A stretch of 64,000 nt of DNA from Thalia democratica. Taxonomy: Eukaryota. The position numbers and the translations under genes were made by a program. Location: contig OZ241833.1 of assembly GCA_965202585.1 (NCBI GenBank), forward strand, positions 24,800,001 through 24,864,000. The letters are read 5' to 3'. This document shows positions 12,701 to 25,252 of this stretch, piece by piece; the stretch's first letter is position 1; every line of letters starts with the position of its first letter. The notes under the pieces were generated by a model. The model made no database searches. It was not told the DNA's origin and saw nothing but the letters and a program-made list of their open reading frames with translations.

Positions 12701-15700
12701 CCAGCTAGAAATTGCTGCAGAGTTAAGCTGCCTTCGTGTTGCCACAACAGAAGCTCGAGGCAACTGGTGCTTGTTATCAAAACGAGTCTTTTTAAGGCAT
12801 AGAAAAAATAACGGTTTTGTTATTATCTTTGGTATTTTGAAATTAAGAGGCGCACACCTAACATGCTTATAGATTGCCATAGCACGACTTATATTTAAAA
12901 AATCTAGCCATCATAAAGTTTACAAATAGTTTTGCTCTTCTTAATTTAAACGCTTATATGAACTTAAAAAAAATTAGTACTGAAAGTTTACTTGCAGTTG
13001 AATTTATTATTATCATTTTAAATACTTTTGCTTTTAAAGTCATACAAACCACGCACTAGACTGCTTTTGAGTGCGAGCAAAACAATCTTTTGAAAAAGTA
13101 CCCAGCACACCATATCAAACAAACTAAATGTTCAATCGATTAAAAAATGCTGGGCTGTAGAAGCACTTGAGTATACTAAAACACACCACAACTCTACTAC
13201 AGCCAATTTTTAGCTTAAATTTTGTGTGAATGGGGAATGAGTAATTTGCAGCTTTCGTAGTAGCTTGTGCGCCCACTCATAATAACACAGTCATAAGTTC
13301 TAGTTTTCAGCTTCAGAGTTGTTTCATTGTTATGATAGAATCAAAAGGCCAAAATAAAAACCTCAGTTTATTTTTTTAAGTTTGACTAAACTTTGCTTGA
13401 TGTTTTAAAATTGTTTTCAATATTTTACAGTGATATCAAATATTTACAAAAATTAAACTGAACTCAATCATACATACAAACTACTTTATTTATTGTGATT
13501 ACACGTCTAAACTCACTCAAAAGAGAATGCTAAGAGATCACAGATGGAAAAACTAGTATACGGGTTGAAAACAAGCTTAAACGAGAAAACAAACAACGTT
13601 CAACTCATTTGAACTGAAAAGTGAGCAAACTAAGTTATTTCACTTCTAGAAAAGCTAATTTGTTCTCACAGAAGTATGTACTCATAAATAAGTTATTTGG
13701 ATAAGTTTTCTTTTAAAAGATGTTGTTGATAAAATTAGTTTTAGACTTTTAAGATTGAAATATTCTTCTAGGTTACTTCTAAAACTTTATTAAAATTTTT
13801 ATTTACAATTTATTTAACTTTTTATAAGGTTTAATTTTGTTCTACAACAATTTTAATTATCAAAAAGTATTTGTATATATCAAAATGATCACAATATTTT
13901 TACAAATTTTATTTATAATCTTAGATTATGTCAGCAAAAGTTGATATAAAAATAGCCACAAAGCACTTTGCTGGAAATTTTAAAAATCTAAATGACACGT
14001 ATTTTTATGAATTAATTGAGTTTAAGTTGAACATACATATGTTTACACTTTATTCGTAAAACTAGACAAATATTTTAGCCAGCAAAGTTTAAAACACCCT
14101 AACTTTATAACTAATTAAATTCAAAACACTTTTTTCACACAGCCATCACCACCTCACGAAACTTGCTTCAGAGAACAACCGCACCAGCAAACTACAGAAA
14201 GCTTCAACGGGGCGGTAATTGAAAGAACAAAGCCGTTTGATCTCTCCTCTAATCAACTGCTAAATACATATAATGAGCAAAACAGTGACACAACTGCAAA
14301 ACTATGACATCACAGGCGAAACGCAGTGACATCACAGCAATTGCTCTCGATATAGAAGATGAGGTGACGTTCGTGTTCGGCTGTCTGTTGGAGAATTGAG
14401 AAAGGAACCGGCTATAAATAACACGGCTGGGAAAACCAGCTTATGTAGTCCGATGATCAAACATGCAGGCAGGTATTGAACAAACTATCCGTGTGCCGAG
14501 TTTTGATCTGCAGCATATGACTTATCACAAGAGCAATCGCAAAACGAGCTCTTAAGCAAACAAAAAGCTCAACGCTATTTTGAGTGAGCTCTGCCGTTCA
14601 CTTATCAAAGCTTGTTGCACAGTCACAGCGCAAACAGCAGTTTTTTCTGTGTGCATTCGTTGCACTCGGCGTAGCATCTCTTTTTTTACTACAACTGTCA
14701 CACTGTGTAAACAATAACTGCTGTTTCGCGTGAATGTGTGTTTAAATTTTGCTTTGGTTTTCTTTCAAGCAATGCTGTAGTATAGTAGTCTTACAGACTT
14801 TAAACACTTCAATGCTTGTGTTTTGTTAAGTTATCTTTGATAATTAAAAAAAGTTTTACTACCTAAAGTTAAAGACCAAACTACCAAAGCTTTGTTCGAT
14901 CACAGTATAAAATAAAAGTACATTCACATGTTTTACTTACTTATATTACTCAACTTGAAGAACAAATACTTGAATGTTTATATACAACTTTACAACAATG
15001 TCAAAATAAAAGTCAATTAGAACATTTGTAACCATAATGTAAACTGATAAACTTACTGACTTAGTTATGTAGTTAAAGTCATTGATGAACACAATCAACA
15101 ACTAATAAATTAATTGCTCATAACTGCTTTTAACAGCAAGTAAAAATACTTATGTTATACCATAATCTAGTCTAGATTTGTATCTTCTTAAATAAGCAAT
15201 ATCAAAAATGTTAAAGTTTATGTACATTAGTAAAGTGTCTTATAACTTGTGTTAAACTAAGTAGCAGTAATGAGATAAGCAGTTTCAAAAGGTCATCATT
15301 AAGTTAAAAAATCATATACTTAATAGTTATTGCTTGTAATGTATTAAACAGCATTATGTTAAATTCTAAGTTAAGTAAAGTAAACTATAAATTTGTAAAA
15401 TTAAATAATTTTTTGAAACATTCACTCAATTAAATAGAACTTTTTTTTACAATATAATGAACTTACCAGACTCTATTATGCAGTTTCTGTAGATATGATG
15501 GGCCCAGTGGGTTGCCTCAACCCTGTCCACGTTGTAAAAGCTGCTTATCCATGAAACGATGTTGCTTGCTTTCAAGTTTCTGTTGCCCATGAACTTTGCT
15601 TGCGAATAAACCACTTCAAACAGTGGCTGCTCTTGGTCTGCAGAAGCCTCAGCGCTACAAGAAAAAAACAAAATGGCTAGCCAACTTTTGATAATGACTT

Positions 15701-16994
15701 TTTTATAGCTGCTTAACAAACAGAATAAAGTGGTTCTTTTTACTATTTAGTAATTGCTTTCTCAACTGAACCTACCTACAAAAAAGGTGGTAAGCCATGG
15801 CAATGATTCTGTTAAAGTTGTTTCCCTTTCGCCTCAAGTCTTGAATGGCAAACTGAAAAAAGGTCCTGTCACTTGGGAAATAATCCAAACGCCGATCTAT
15901 AAAAAAGGCATTAATAAAAACTTTAAAATTATGTAAAAAAATGCATATAATAAAACTCAACCTAAACAAAACTAGGTTGAAATTATTTATTAAATTTAAT
16001 TACTGTTAAAAAGTCTCGCCATTATGCTTTTCAATAATAAAAAACTTTTAAGATATATCATGACAGAGTTAAGTAATCAAATAATTTACTTTAGCTGTTA
16101 ATAAACTGAAAAGTATCAAAAAATATTAACCATTCAATATATGTTTTAGCAACAAACTCACCAGGCACACACTTAATTATTTCAGCTTCCAAAAAGCGCT
16201 GAAATATTTTAGTTGCATGCTTCTGGTTAAGTGGGTCAATATTGTTGTTGTTGTGGTAAGGTGCAGAATAGCTGATGTCTTGAAAATCCTCAGCACTTGA
16301 ATCCAGTTGATTATGAGCAACAGGCATATCTATCAGAATCATTGAGAGTTAATAAGACTATTTCATTTTAGTATTTAAAAATTCTTACTAGTTTAACTTT
16401 TTAGACTCTAATCATAGTATTATTTTTTACATTATTAAAATCACATTAAAAAAACTAACCCCTAGTAAGATTTTCACAGATCCATTGTATTGCTTCTTGA
16501 GCACTAAAAACATTTTTATAGGCAGTGAAAAACTGTTTTTGAGTTCTAATGCATGGTAAATTTCCACACTTTTCCATGAGATCCCTGTCATATAAAACCA
16601 TAGTTTTAATAAAATTGCTTAATAAACACTTGGTTATTACAAATTTAAGTACTTAAAAATACTTTCAGTAATTCAAATACAGAGCAAAATAAAACAAAAT
16701 AATTGTACAAAAATGTTTATCATTTAAAAAGTGATAGTTTAAGATTTTTGTTAATAATTTAATTTCATTTAAAACACCTTAAAATATAATATAGAAATTG
16801 GTTAACAGCTTTTAGTTTAATAAAAAACATGATTATAGCATTTCTGTTTCAACTTTTTTCAAAAACAATTTAAAAGTATGTATTAAAAAATTAAGATTCA
16901 GTCTTAAAAAAACTTACCTTACAAATTCACTAAAGATGATGAGATCAGTTTTTCTTGCCCTAGAAGCAAGCAAAGACATTTCCTCGGAAATCAT
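3560..16994 (-). CDS. DEPTOR: DEPTOR (DEP domain-containing mTOR-interacting protein), 10-exon gene model, 480 aa
   Basis: Ten exons with GT-AG boundaries and consistent phases join into one ORF of 1443 nt. DEP1 reads IRTQKQFFTAYKNVFSAQEAIQWI...KHATKIFQRFLEAEII. DEP2 reads KASNIVSWISSFYNVDRVEATHWAHHIYRNCII. The PDZ reads APFVKRNIKIIPDGLGYGFCVRGENPCYIKLVDIEGPAIRAGLKIHQYIENVNGHQVLNKSYGQVEKLILAG and closely parallels the vertebrate DEPTOR PDZ as I recall it. Confidence 0.93.
3988..4161 (-). CDS. DEPTOR: DEPTOR exon 9 (PDZ C-half)
   Basis: gtacag acceptor, GTATGT donor; encodes IHQYIENVNGHQVLNKSYGQVEKLILAGNSFERLDIRV... Confidence 0.9.
7378..7482 (-). CDS. DEPTOR: DEPTOR exon 8 (PDZ N-half; absent from the ORF track)
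   Basis: gaacag acceptor, GTGTGT donor; 105 nt, phase 0-0; encodes IIPDGLGYGFCVRGENPCYIKLVDIEGPAIRAGLK with the GLGYGF loop. Confidence 0.92.
7937..8036 (-). CDS. DEPTOR: DEPTOR exon 7
   Basis: tcaacag acceptor, GTAAAA donor; encodes PPPSYESLLDVDGKVTVKALQHPEAPFVKRNIK. Confidence 0.9.
10224..10377 (-). CDS. DEPTOR: DEPTOR exon 6 (end of DEP2, linker)
   Basis: tcaacag acceptor, GTACTT donor; encodes QTPHKSKFEDNGVDFYKFSEVFTARCRSKISVERVLDDNFINFAPKRRAP. Confidence 0.9.
15467..15654 (-). CDS. DEPTOR: DEPTOR exon 5 (DEP2)
   Basis: cttgtag acceptor, GTAAGT donor; encodes the DEP2 helices. Confidence 0.9.
15776..15896 (-). CDS. DEPTOR: DEPTOR exon 4
   Basis: tttatag acceptor, GTAGGT donor; encodes RRLDYFPSDRTFFQFAIQDLRRKGNNFNRIIAMAYHLFC. 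Confidence 0.88.
16162..16329 (-). CDS. DEPTOR: DEPTOR exon 3 (DEP1 insertion plus helix)
   Basis: gatag acceptor (least certain boundary), GTGAGT donor; encodes ...NQKHATKIFQRFLEAEIIKCVP. Confidence 0.8.
16460..16584 (-). CDS. DEPTOR: DEPTOR exon 2 (start of DEP1)
   Basis: gacag acceptor, GTTAGT donor; encodes DLMEKCGNLPCIRTQKQFFTAYKNVFSAQEAIQWICENLTR. Confidence 0.9.
16918..16994 (-). CDS. DEPTOR: DEPTOR exon 1 (MISEEMSLLASRARKTDLIIFSEFV)
   Basis: ATG at 16994; donor AG|GTAAGT; 77 nt; phase 2 matches exon 2. Confidence 0.8.
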
Positions 16995-17025
16995 TAAATA
17001 TAGTTTTAAATACAAAATTTAAGTA

Positions 17026-17045
17026 CTATATAAAAAAAATAACAA
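17026..17045 (-). promoter_or_regulatory. Unpaired splice acceptor 31 nt upstream of the DEPTOR ATG (candidate trans-splice site)
   Basis: Minus strand reads TTATTTTTTTTATATAG inside the 153-bp RNASEH2C-DEPTOR spacer. Confidence 0.4.
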
Positions 17046-17147
17046 TTAAATTACCTAAAATTTTTTACAACTATCTTAAATTTCCAACTAAAATCCTCTC
17101 AAAATATAATAAAGTCAATAAGTTCCTATGTTCATAAAAACAAATTT

Positions 17148-17540
17148 TCAATCTACTATATCATGAATTGCACTAGCAATCTTTTTTGGCCAAAAATTAC
17201 AGGCATTGCTCATAGCAGAAGTAATTTCACAGCCAGTTTCCCCTTCAATCTTCCACTGAACAATGTTGTCAAACTTAGCAATTGGCATTAACTCTTCTTT
17301 CCCTTCCTTATCCCAGTATTTACACTCCATAATTACACCTTGGAAACCATCAGGAATTTTAGTGTCTTTTCCTTCTAATGGTCTGCCTCTAAACGAGGAT
17401 GTAAGCTTTCCATTTTCTTCTTCAGGCATGAAGTATGTAGTTATTTTTGCATGGCCATCCATATTTATTTCACAAGGGAGGTGCTGAACATCAAGTTTGT
17501 TTGAAGAATATAAATCATTAGGTTTCAATTTTATACTCAT
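17148..17540 (-). CDS. RNASEH2C: Ribonuclease H2 subunit C
   Basis: 130 aa single-exon ORF with the family motifs VQHLPCEINMDGHAKITTYF, SSFRGRPLEG, IPDGFQGVIM, KFDNIVQW and the C-terminal WPKKIASAIH. Confidence 0.93.
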   Translation of the reverse strand: MSIKLKPNDLYSSNKLDVQHLPCEINMDGHAKITTYFMPEEENGKLTSSFRGRPLEGKDTKIPDGFQGVIMECKYWDKEGKEELMPIAKFDNIVQWKIEGETGCEITSAMSNACNFWPKKIASAIHDIVD

Positions 17541-20500
17541 TATTATATTTTATTTTTACCTAAGTTTAAAAATAAATCTCTTATTATTTTTTTATAAATA
17601 TGTTGTTTAATAGTTTAAACTTTTTTAAAGTCAAATATTATCACGTATAAAGTTAATAGTAGTAATTAAAAATGTTTATCAAAGTCAAATAAAAACAATT
17701 AAATACTTTAATAAATATATAAAAATATGTTAAAAAAATCCTTTTATAAATTATTCCATTGGAAATTTTTTATTTCTTTATTTTAAAGTAGATACCAAAA
17801 CTTTACAATAAATTTAAAAATTTTTATTAAGTAAATTCAAGAAATTCAACAAGTGTTACTTTTATTGCCTCTGTGAAAAAATAAATCAGAATCACTTAAA
17901 ACAAAATTAAGTAACTATATTTAAAAAGCTGTATATGAAAAAAAGAAACATCTCAAATAATCACAATACAGTGGTTTGCCAAATCATTTACTTGCCACTA
18001 TACAAATAGTAAACTTTACTACAATTACTTAGTCAGCAGTAATAGTGCGCACCAACTGGAGAGAAAAAACATGAATTTACCACTTAGTTGTGCTCAACAA
18101 GCACAGAAACTAACTAAGTAAAACCAAACTGCTTTTCTTATATAATACAGTTTTCTTTAAGCAACATTTTTTATATTGCAAATACTAACTTACATTTTAT
18201 TCACATAAATTATTAAATACAAGAAAACTTTATTTTATTACAAGTAAAACATATACAAAATAAAGAATGCTATTTTAAGTTTGCTTTCATGTTTAAATCA
18301 TTTTACTAATCTCATTATATATAAATAAAACCATTTCATTCTAAATTGATTTTGAAAACCTTATTTAAATTGTGAAATACAAGACAGTTGAAAATTGGAG
18401 GGTCATTCAAAATTTTATTTGATGCAAATTAGTACGATTTGTATATTACGTAATATTTACTATCTTTCATAGTACTATCGATTAAAGCCAAAAAGTATCC
18501 AAACTTAATTCAGGGTCATTTAAACTGAGTTGTGTAGTGTTTAGTTTTTTTATTGTTATTTAACGGTCGATAACGCATGCCGTCGGTTGTAAATTAAAAC
18601 CGACTTTTATTTTAAATTTCAGTAAATCTTATCTACATAAAATTAAAAAACTACTTACATCTTTTATTTTAATAAAAATGTTATTTTGCTAATATTTTTA
18701 CATCATTTTTTGAACAGAGTTAATTATCGACAAGTGAATGCATAAATATAAAAATAAGTTTTATAAAGCATTAGTTTTTTGTTGCACTTTTTGCACTCCA
18801 AAAAAAAATGTTCACTCCATCTAAATATTTAGTATTATTTTTTTTTAACGATTGGACTATGTCTAGAAAACCGGACACCACAATAATATTATATTTTTAT
18901 CCACAACATAAGAAAGGTATGCTATATTATAAAATAAAGTTTTATTATGTCTAGCTAGTCATCAGAATCATAAACAAATATTTAAAATATTGCTTACAAA
19001 ACTGAGTACATCTTAACAATTGTCAATGCACAAAACTACTTAGTACAACTATTAAAAAAAACCTTTTAAGGCAAATTATTAAGTACAAGAATTTAAAATA
19101 GTAAAGACAAAAATAAAATTTCACAGTTAACGATAATTTACTAAACATCTTTTTAAAAACAATAGGCACTAATTTTTACAAAAAAAAAAAAACTTACAAA
19201 AAAAAGTTTTCTATTTTGAGTTGTTACTACCAAAACTATTACAAAATATTAGCAAAGTTAAATATATTTATTCCTTTATTAAAAGTTAGTTAGTTTTTAA
19301 ACATTATAAAACAAAACTAAGTTAAAAGTATTTAACATTTTAATGCAGCTTCTAAATTTAAATAAGTTTAGAAAATTGCTTATAAAATCGGTTCAAATAT
19401 GTATAAATTAAATATAAGATAAATTTGGATTTTTTTTATGTTAATGATCATGCAAAAAATAATTAAGCGAGTATAATTTAAAAAAATAAATAAATTAAAA
19501 GTTTTAAATGATTTATAAGACTGGTTATAAGTATTTTTTAATTTATACAAAAGATAATATTTTTAATTTTTGCTATTGTTTCTAATAAAACTCGCTTAAG
19601 TTTTTAAAATGTTATGTTACTTTATGGTAGTACGGGCTCTAATTATTCTACGATTTTTAATTGTATATTTATTATTTTCTATATTAATTTTAAAAAAAGC
19701 TTAGCAACTGCGTTCGAGATCTAATCTTTATTAGAGTATTTACAAAATGTTAAGCAAAAATTTTAAACACCTTTTGAATTATATTGTTATAACTTATTTT
19801 TTATTTTCTTATTAGACGTATGTATTTTGTTTACATTCGGTAAGCTAAAAGAAAGAAACTTTATTACGACAATGAAAATAAAATTTTGCCTAGATATGGT
19901 TAAAAATTTGTTCTAATTATAATCTACGCGGTAAAAAATATCAGCTAGCAAAAGTAAAAAAAATTAATAAAATAATACATAACTTAGTACGATAAAGAAA
20001 CCGTAGCTCAAAAAATGAGTCAAAAAGCTTAAATGTAAACAAAGGCGTTTGATCATTAAGCTAAACATCATTTACTTAACTTTACTTTCTTTGAGCTATA
20101 CAAAAGTTACTTAGAAATCTGAACTTTGACAAAAGCGAAAAATAACAAGAAAGCATATTTTAAAAAAACAAATATATTTATTCAAAAAATAAATGGTGCT
20201 AAAGCGGTAGAAAAAAAAAAATTTGCTTCAGTTGATAATACCAGTAATACTAAGTTTTAAAATTTATAATCAAATTGTAAAATTTAAAACCTGTTTAATT
20301 CCTGAAGAAAAAATTCTCAATTCGAGATGTTAAATTTTTATAACTGTAAATATATATCTTTAACTATAAAAAAAATCAACTGTAACTAGATATGCCATGT
20401 AAACAGACACAAAAAACTAAGTAGTATATTATTCTAGTTTCTCTATAACATGAAAAGAAGTATACAAATTAGGTAAATTACTATTAAGTTTACACTTCAG

Positions 20501-21934
20501 TTAATAATTTAACTTTTCAATTTTTTTTATTAATTGAAATGTAAGTTTTACATTTAAAACTAAAATGAAAAAGTCTAAATTTAATAGTTTTCTACCATTA
20601 AATGTTGGTACAATTATACTAAAACTTAGTCTGCAATTTAGGAACTTAAGTTCTAAAATTAATTTAAATTCTACTAAGAGAAAAAAGTTTAAACAGAACT
20701 TAAAAAACTACACAATTACAAAGCTTTGTTAAAAAAGCTTAAAATTAAATAAAGACTGTTTATACAAAACATACATAAGCAAATCTAATAATTATAAGTG
20801 ATACTAGTAAAACACTATAAATGAAACTTAAACCACAATTTAAGTAAAACTTCAAGTAAAAGATGCTAACAACAAAAACTTAATCTAGGTTAGTCAACTG
20901 TTTTGTTGTTTCTGAAGAAAACAAAGCTAATCAATAACATAAAAACATTATGCTTGAATTGTCCGTCCACTCTAAACAGAAAACTGATAATAAATAACCA
21001 TATTTATTAAAAGTTTAAACAATAACCACATCAACTTAATAATCTAATAATAAAAAAACTGGAGAACTTTAAAAATTTTTAAATAAGTAAAGATTTGTAC
21101 TCTTGGACTTATTTTAGTTTTTTGTTATGCTTAGTTTTGTTTTTTATAAATATACCTAAAACATAAAACTGTAGTCTAAAGTTGTAATAACTATTCATAG
21201 TAATACCAAAATTACAAGCATCAAAGGTGTTTAAAGAATTATATCTAGGCTAATATTGTTTATAAGCAATATAGAAGTTTAGTCTTTTATGTGTATTAAA
21301 AACTAATTTTACATTTTTTTGTATTTATCACTTTAGATACTTAACAATAATTTATTTATATTAATTGCGTGAATTATTTTTATATAAGTAGTTCTTGTTC
21401 TTTTATCTTAACATTTTTTCTTTAATGTTTTTTTGATATTTATTATGGTAGAAAAACTCATACTAAAAAATTGTGAAAATAATTTTCCTACAATTTTGAT
21501 AACACTATAGTTTGAAGTTAAAAAATTTAAATAAAGTAACGTTATTGACGTCAAACATTTAAACACGTCTTTAAAAATATTTGAAAGCTTAAAACTTTTA
21601 AAACAACTGTGATGTTTTGTTGATTAATTATCTTAATTTTTTTAATGTTAAGCGTACTTAAATTTGTATTTAGTAAAATTGTTTTATTAGTTAACTATGT
21701 GAAAAAATGTATAAAACTTAATAAACTATAAATTTTGGGTTTCAATTTGGTCTCCTCTGAATCTATTAAAACTTTTAATTTATCTGTTTTTTAACTTTTA
21801 CTTAATGGATTTTTTTTTACATGTTCAAATAAATAGGAAATTATTACTATGAAGCTTAGCTTTTAGAGCTAGAAAATCTACAAACAATCACTCAAGCTTT
21901 AAATTTTAAGTTAATTAATAAATGTTCAGTATTC

Positions 21935-22060
21935 AAAACTCTTTAGTTTTGGAGTTCTGGCAACTCTGCTCTGTAGTATGGTCCCCAATGTGTATTTGGT
22001 TTATGCATGTTAAGGAACCATATTAAAATGTACAAAGTAAAATTTGGTAGAAGTATTTGA
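21935..22060 (+). mobile_element. Possible decayed LINE (CR1/Jockey-like) RT fragment
   Basis: NSLVLEFWQLCSVVWSP resembles the LEY.SVVWSP motif; very degraded. Confidence 0.3.
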
Positions 22061-23230
22061 GCTTTTATTTAAGTACTAGGCGTCAAAAGACTAAAGGAAA
22101 CGTTTTAGAATTGTTAAAAAATACTTAAATTAGGAAACTTAAAAATATATCAAATAAAAACCAAGCTAAATAGTTACGCAGATAATTTTTTATACATAAA
22201 TTATGCAGCACTTTAAGATAGTAATTCAAAAAAAAAGTTTTATTTCCACTATCATCTTAAAGTACTGCATATCTTATAAAGAAAGATTATCAACGTAAGT
22301 ACTTAGCTACGTAACTAATAATAATTCATTCTTTATAGACTAACTTTAGTAAAATCTATACTTAAACTGAGCTGATACACTTTTTGCTTGAAACATTATA
22401 TTGTACAGTATTTAAAAGAAGAGTATATATATCGTTCCACCAAAAAAATAATGTTTTATAACTTATTTGCTTTTGTCTGGTACAGTTGTTGGTTTTGTGG
22501 TTTTAAACAGTGCATAAGTTAAGTTTTTATATTGTTTACATTAAATGTTTACACTAGCATAAACAAACATGAAAAAAGTCAAATTGCACATATGATCAAA
22601 TTAATTCAAGTTTATAATTTTGTAATACCCATTTTTGTGTACTCGATCATGAATAACCATAATGTATCTATTTTAAATTAAAAAATAATAAAGCACTAAA
22701 TTTTATTATTTCTTTTTGTTGAAAGTTGTAAGGTCGACCTTGTACATCATTTGTAAGGTTCCAGGTCAATCTGAGAGACTTTTTACTTAAATAACAATTG
22801 AATAGTTAAAGTAGAGATAAGTTACAATTGGGATATTATTTTAATATGTTTTAAGATAATACCGATATTTACTACACCTAGGGATAGTCTCTGCTAAGTA
22901 TGTTAGTTTGGTTATGATGACATTGAATCAGTCTAGACTGCGGCAATTAGTACCAAATTGTAATTGTATTTAGGCTACTACTAACCTTACATTTATTAAG
23001 TTAGTATTTTTTATATATAAGTAAATTCCCATATTCATTGGTATAGTTGATTTTAAAATGTTAAATAGTTAAAACAATAGCTAAATTACTATTTTAATAT
23101 AAATTGAAAACATCTTAGCTAGTTTTGTTTTTGCTCTCCCATATAAAGAAACTGTTGTAGTTAAAGTTTTTAGTGTTTTTTTTTGCTGTCTGCTTACGTG
23201 GTTTATCCTGTCGTAGTTGAATCTACAACG

Positions 23231-23457
23231 AAAACATCTGCGAAAGTCTACAAAGCCTAAGCCTGGAATTCCGCATGACGTAAGACAAGCTCAAGTTAAC
23301 ATAAGGTTTGATCATACCAATTCGATCATCAGACCACAAGCCTTCGGTAAACTGAGACCCGAATTGGCTGACTGAGACCGGTTTTGTCCTTATTAGGACT
23401 CATCACTCATCCGTCAGTCACAATCTAAAAACTTGCCGTCATTAGTCTACAAACGGC
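23231..23457 (-). mobile_element. Penelope-like terminal-repeat remnant with degenerate hammerhead (23371-23418)
   Basis: Minus strand reads ACTGAC ggatgag TGATGAGTCCTAATAAGGACAAAACCGGTC TCAGT; homologous to 45561-45785. Confidence 0.6.
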
Positions 23458-24926
23458 TAATAAAGACAAAAAAAGCAATCGTTTACTAGTATTGATCAGT
23501 GAAAGTTAGATATACAAGTATAGGTGTATATTTATAGTTATAAATTATCTAAAACAAGTCAAAAGGCCTAAGTTAATGTTCTAATAAATTTTTTCTACAA
23601 ACTAAATACTTTTTATATGTTTTTTTTTGTTTTTCATGATAAGTTTTTCTGAGTAAATATCATACTGTTTTTTGTTTCTTTTTAAAAGGTTTATTTTTCT
23701 TCTTTTTGTATATTTAATTTTTTGTTAAATTACAAAGTCTTAACGTTAAAGACTACATTTTTTCTTTTTTTTTATAACACAAAATAAATAAAATAAATGT
23801 TTGGTGTGTAGCTCGATGACCGAAAAAAAAATTCTATACCCAGGTACTTTGACCAAAATTGTTGACCGTTGATTTAGTTCTTTACTGAAAATATTTTAAT
23901 ATTTAAAGTTTAAAAAATACTGCTTAATGCAAAAGCTTTGATTGATTGCATCTATTATACTATTAAACTTTGTGTAAAAAGTCTTTAAGTAAAAACAAAG
24001 TACCTTAGACGGTCAAAAAAGATAAAACTAGAATTGATGAACTTACTGGAGAGATCAAAACAGATGAAGGTTTTAAGGTTTTAAAATTACAGCTACATCT
24101 GCAGTAAGTGAAAGTCGGTCAACGTTTTACAAAATCTTTGCTTTAACTTAACAAATAAAATTTACTGATAAGGAGTCTAAAGTAGCATATTATACCGATG
24201 TATTTTTTCATAAGATTTATTCGATATTCTTTATTGATAGCAAAATCTGTTTTTAAGTCAATATCAAAAAAGTATATAGAAAAAAGTACATAGTTTTCTG
24301 ATCCTAAAAGCTTAGAGATTCATTTGAAGTTAAAAAGTTATATAAATTGGCAACTATCTAAACTAAGACTGGTAGTTATCCTTGCAAAATTGGTTTAAAA
24401 TTATTTATGATTTCTGAACTTAACGTATAAGTTTTATATAAAAGTTTTTATAATTAATTTTTACTAATTCCTTAATGAATGGTTTGACGCTCGACAAAAT
24501 GGTTTGTTATCGCTGAAACAATAGTCCGTGAATCTTGAAACTTTTTACCTTTCAAGAGTACATACAAAATGGATGTTAATCATGTTGATCAATAAATCTA
24601 TTTTAAAACGAGAGGCAATACTTTGCTAAACCTAAAAAAGGTTTTATCTTTAGTCAAAATTATCAGGGTCATGCGAAAACGTTTTATATGCATTTTTGTC
24701 ATTTTATTGTTATCATTTTCTAACTGTGTTCAGTTATTTTTGTATCTTAAATACTTATTTGCTTTTATTTTTTGTAGACAAATCTAAAAAATTACTAAAA
24801 AAAAATATTTAAAGGGACCAAGTGACTACACCTATTAGTTTGAGCTTAAAATAAAAAGTTTTTAAAAGTATCAATGCTAAACTAAACCTTGATTATATTA
24901 GTTTAAATCGTTTTTTTTATTCAATA

Positions 24927-25231
24927 TAGGTGGGAAATTTTTTGCAAAGTATGACTATCGCGGGCCAAAATAAAAAAAAAAAAAATTTTGGCGGGCTGCG
25001 GAATTTTGAAAATTAAACATAATTTTAATTTTTGTTTTTAAAAGCAAAATTTTATTCAAACAGTTTGTTAAAAGCGATACTGTGAGTGAGTACGTAAAGT
25101 CAAGCTATTTGCAATTTTGAAAATGTTTGTTATAAAGAACTCAAATATTGTAGTTATGTTTAAGCTACTTTAAAGCTAAAACGTGCGTCGCATTCCAGAT
25201 GTTTCTAGGATCCGTTCTGCAGGTCGTACGT
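24927..25231. mobile_element. Small hAT-like element (copy A), right end cut by the MULE
   Basis: TAGGTGGG start, GCGGGCC motifs, GTACGT end; homologous to 36872-37202. Confidence 0.45.
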
Positions 25232-25252
25232 GGGTAGGTGTCAGAAAAGCAC

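Noticed and set aside
17263-17487. Plus-strand ORF over RNASEH2C; also 33105..33341 antisense to copy A
   Set aside because: Antisense shadows with no independent support.
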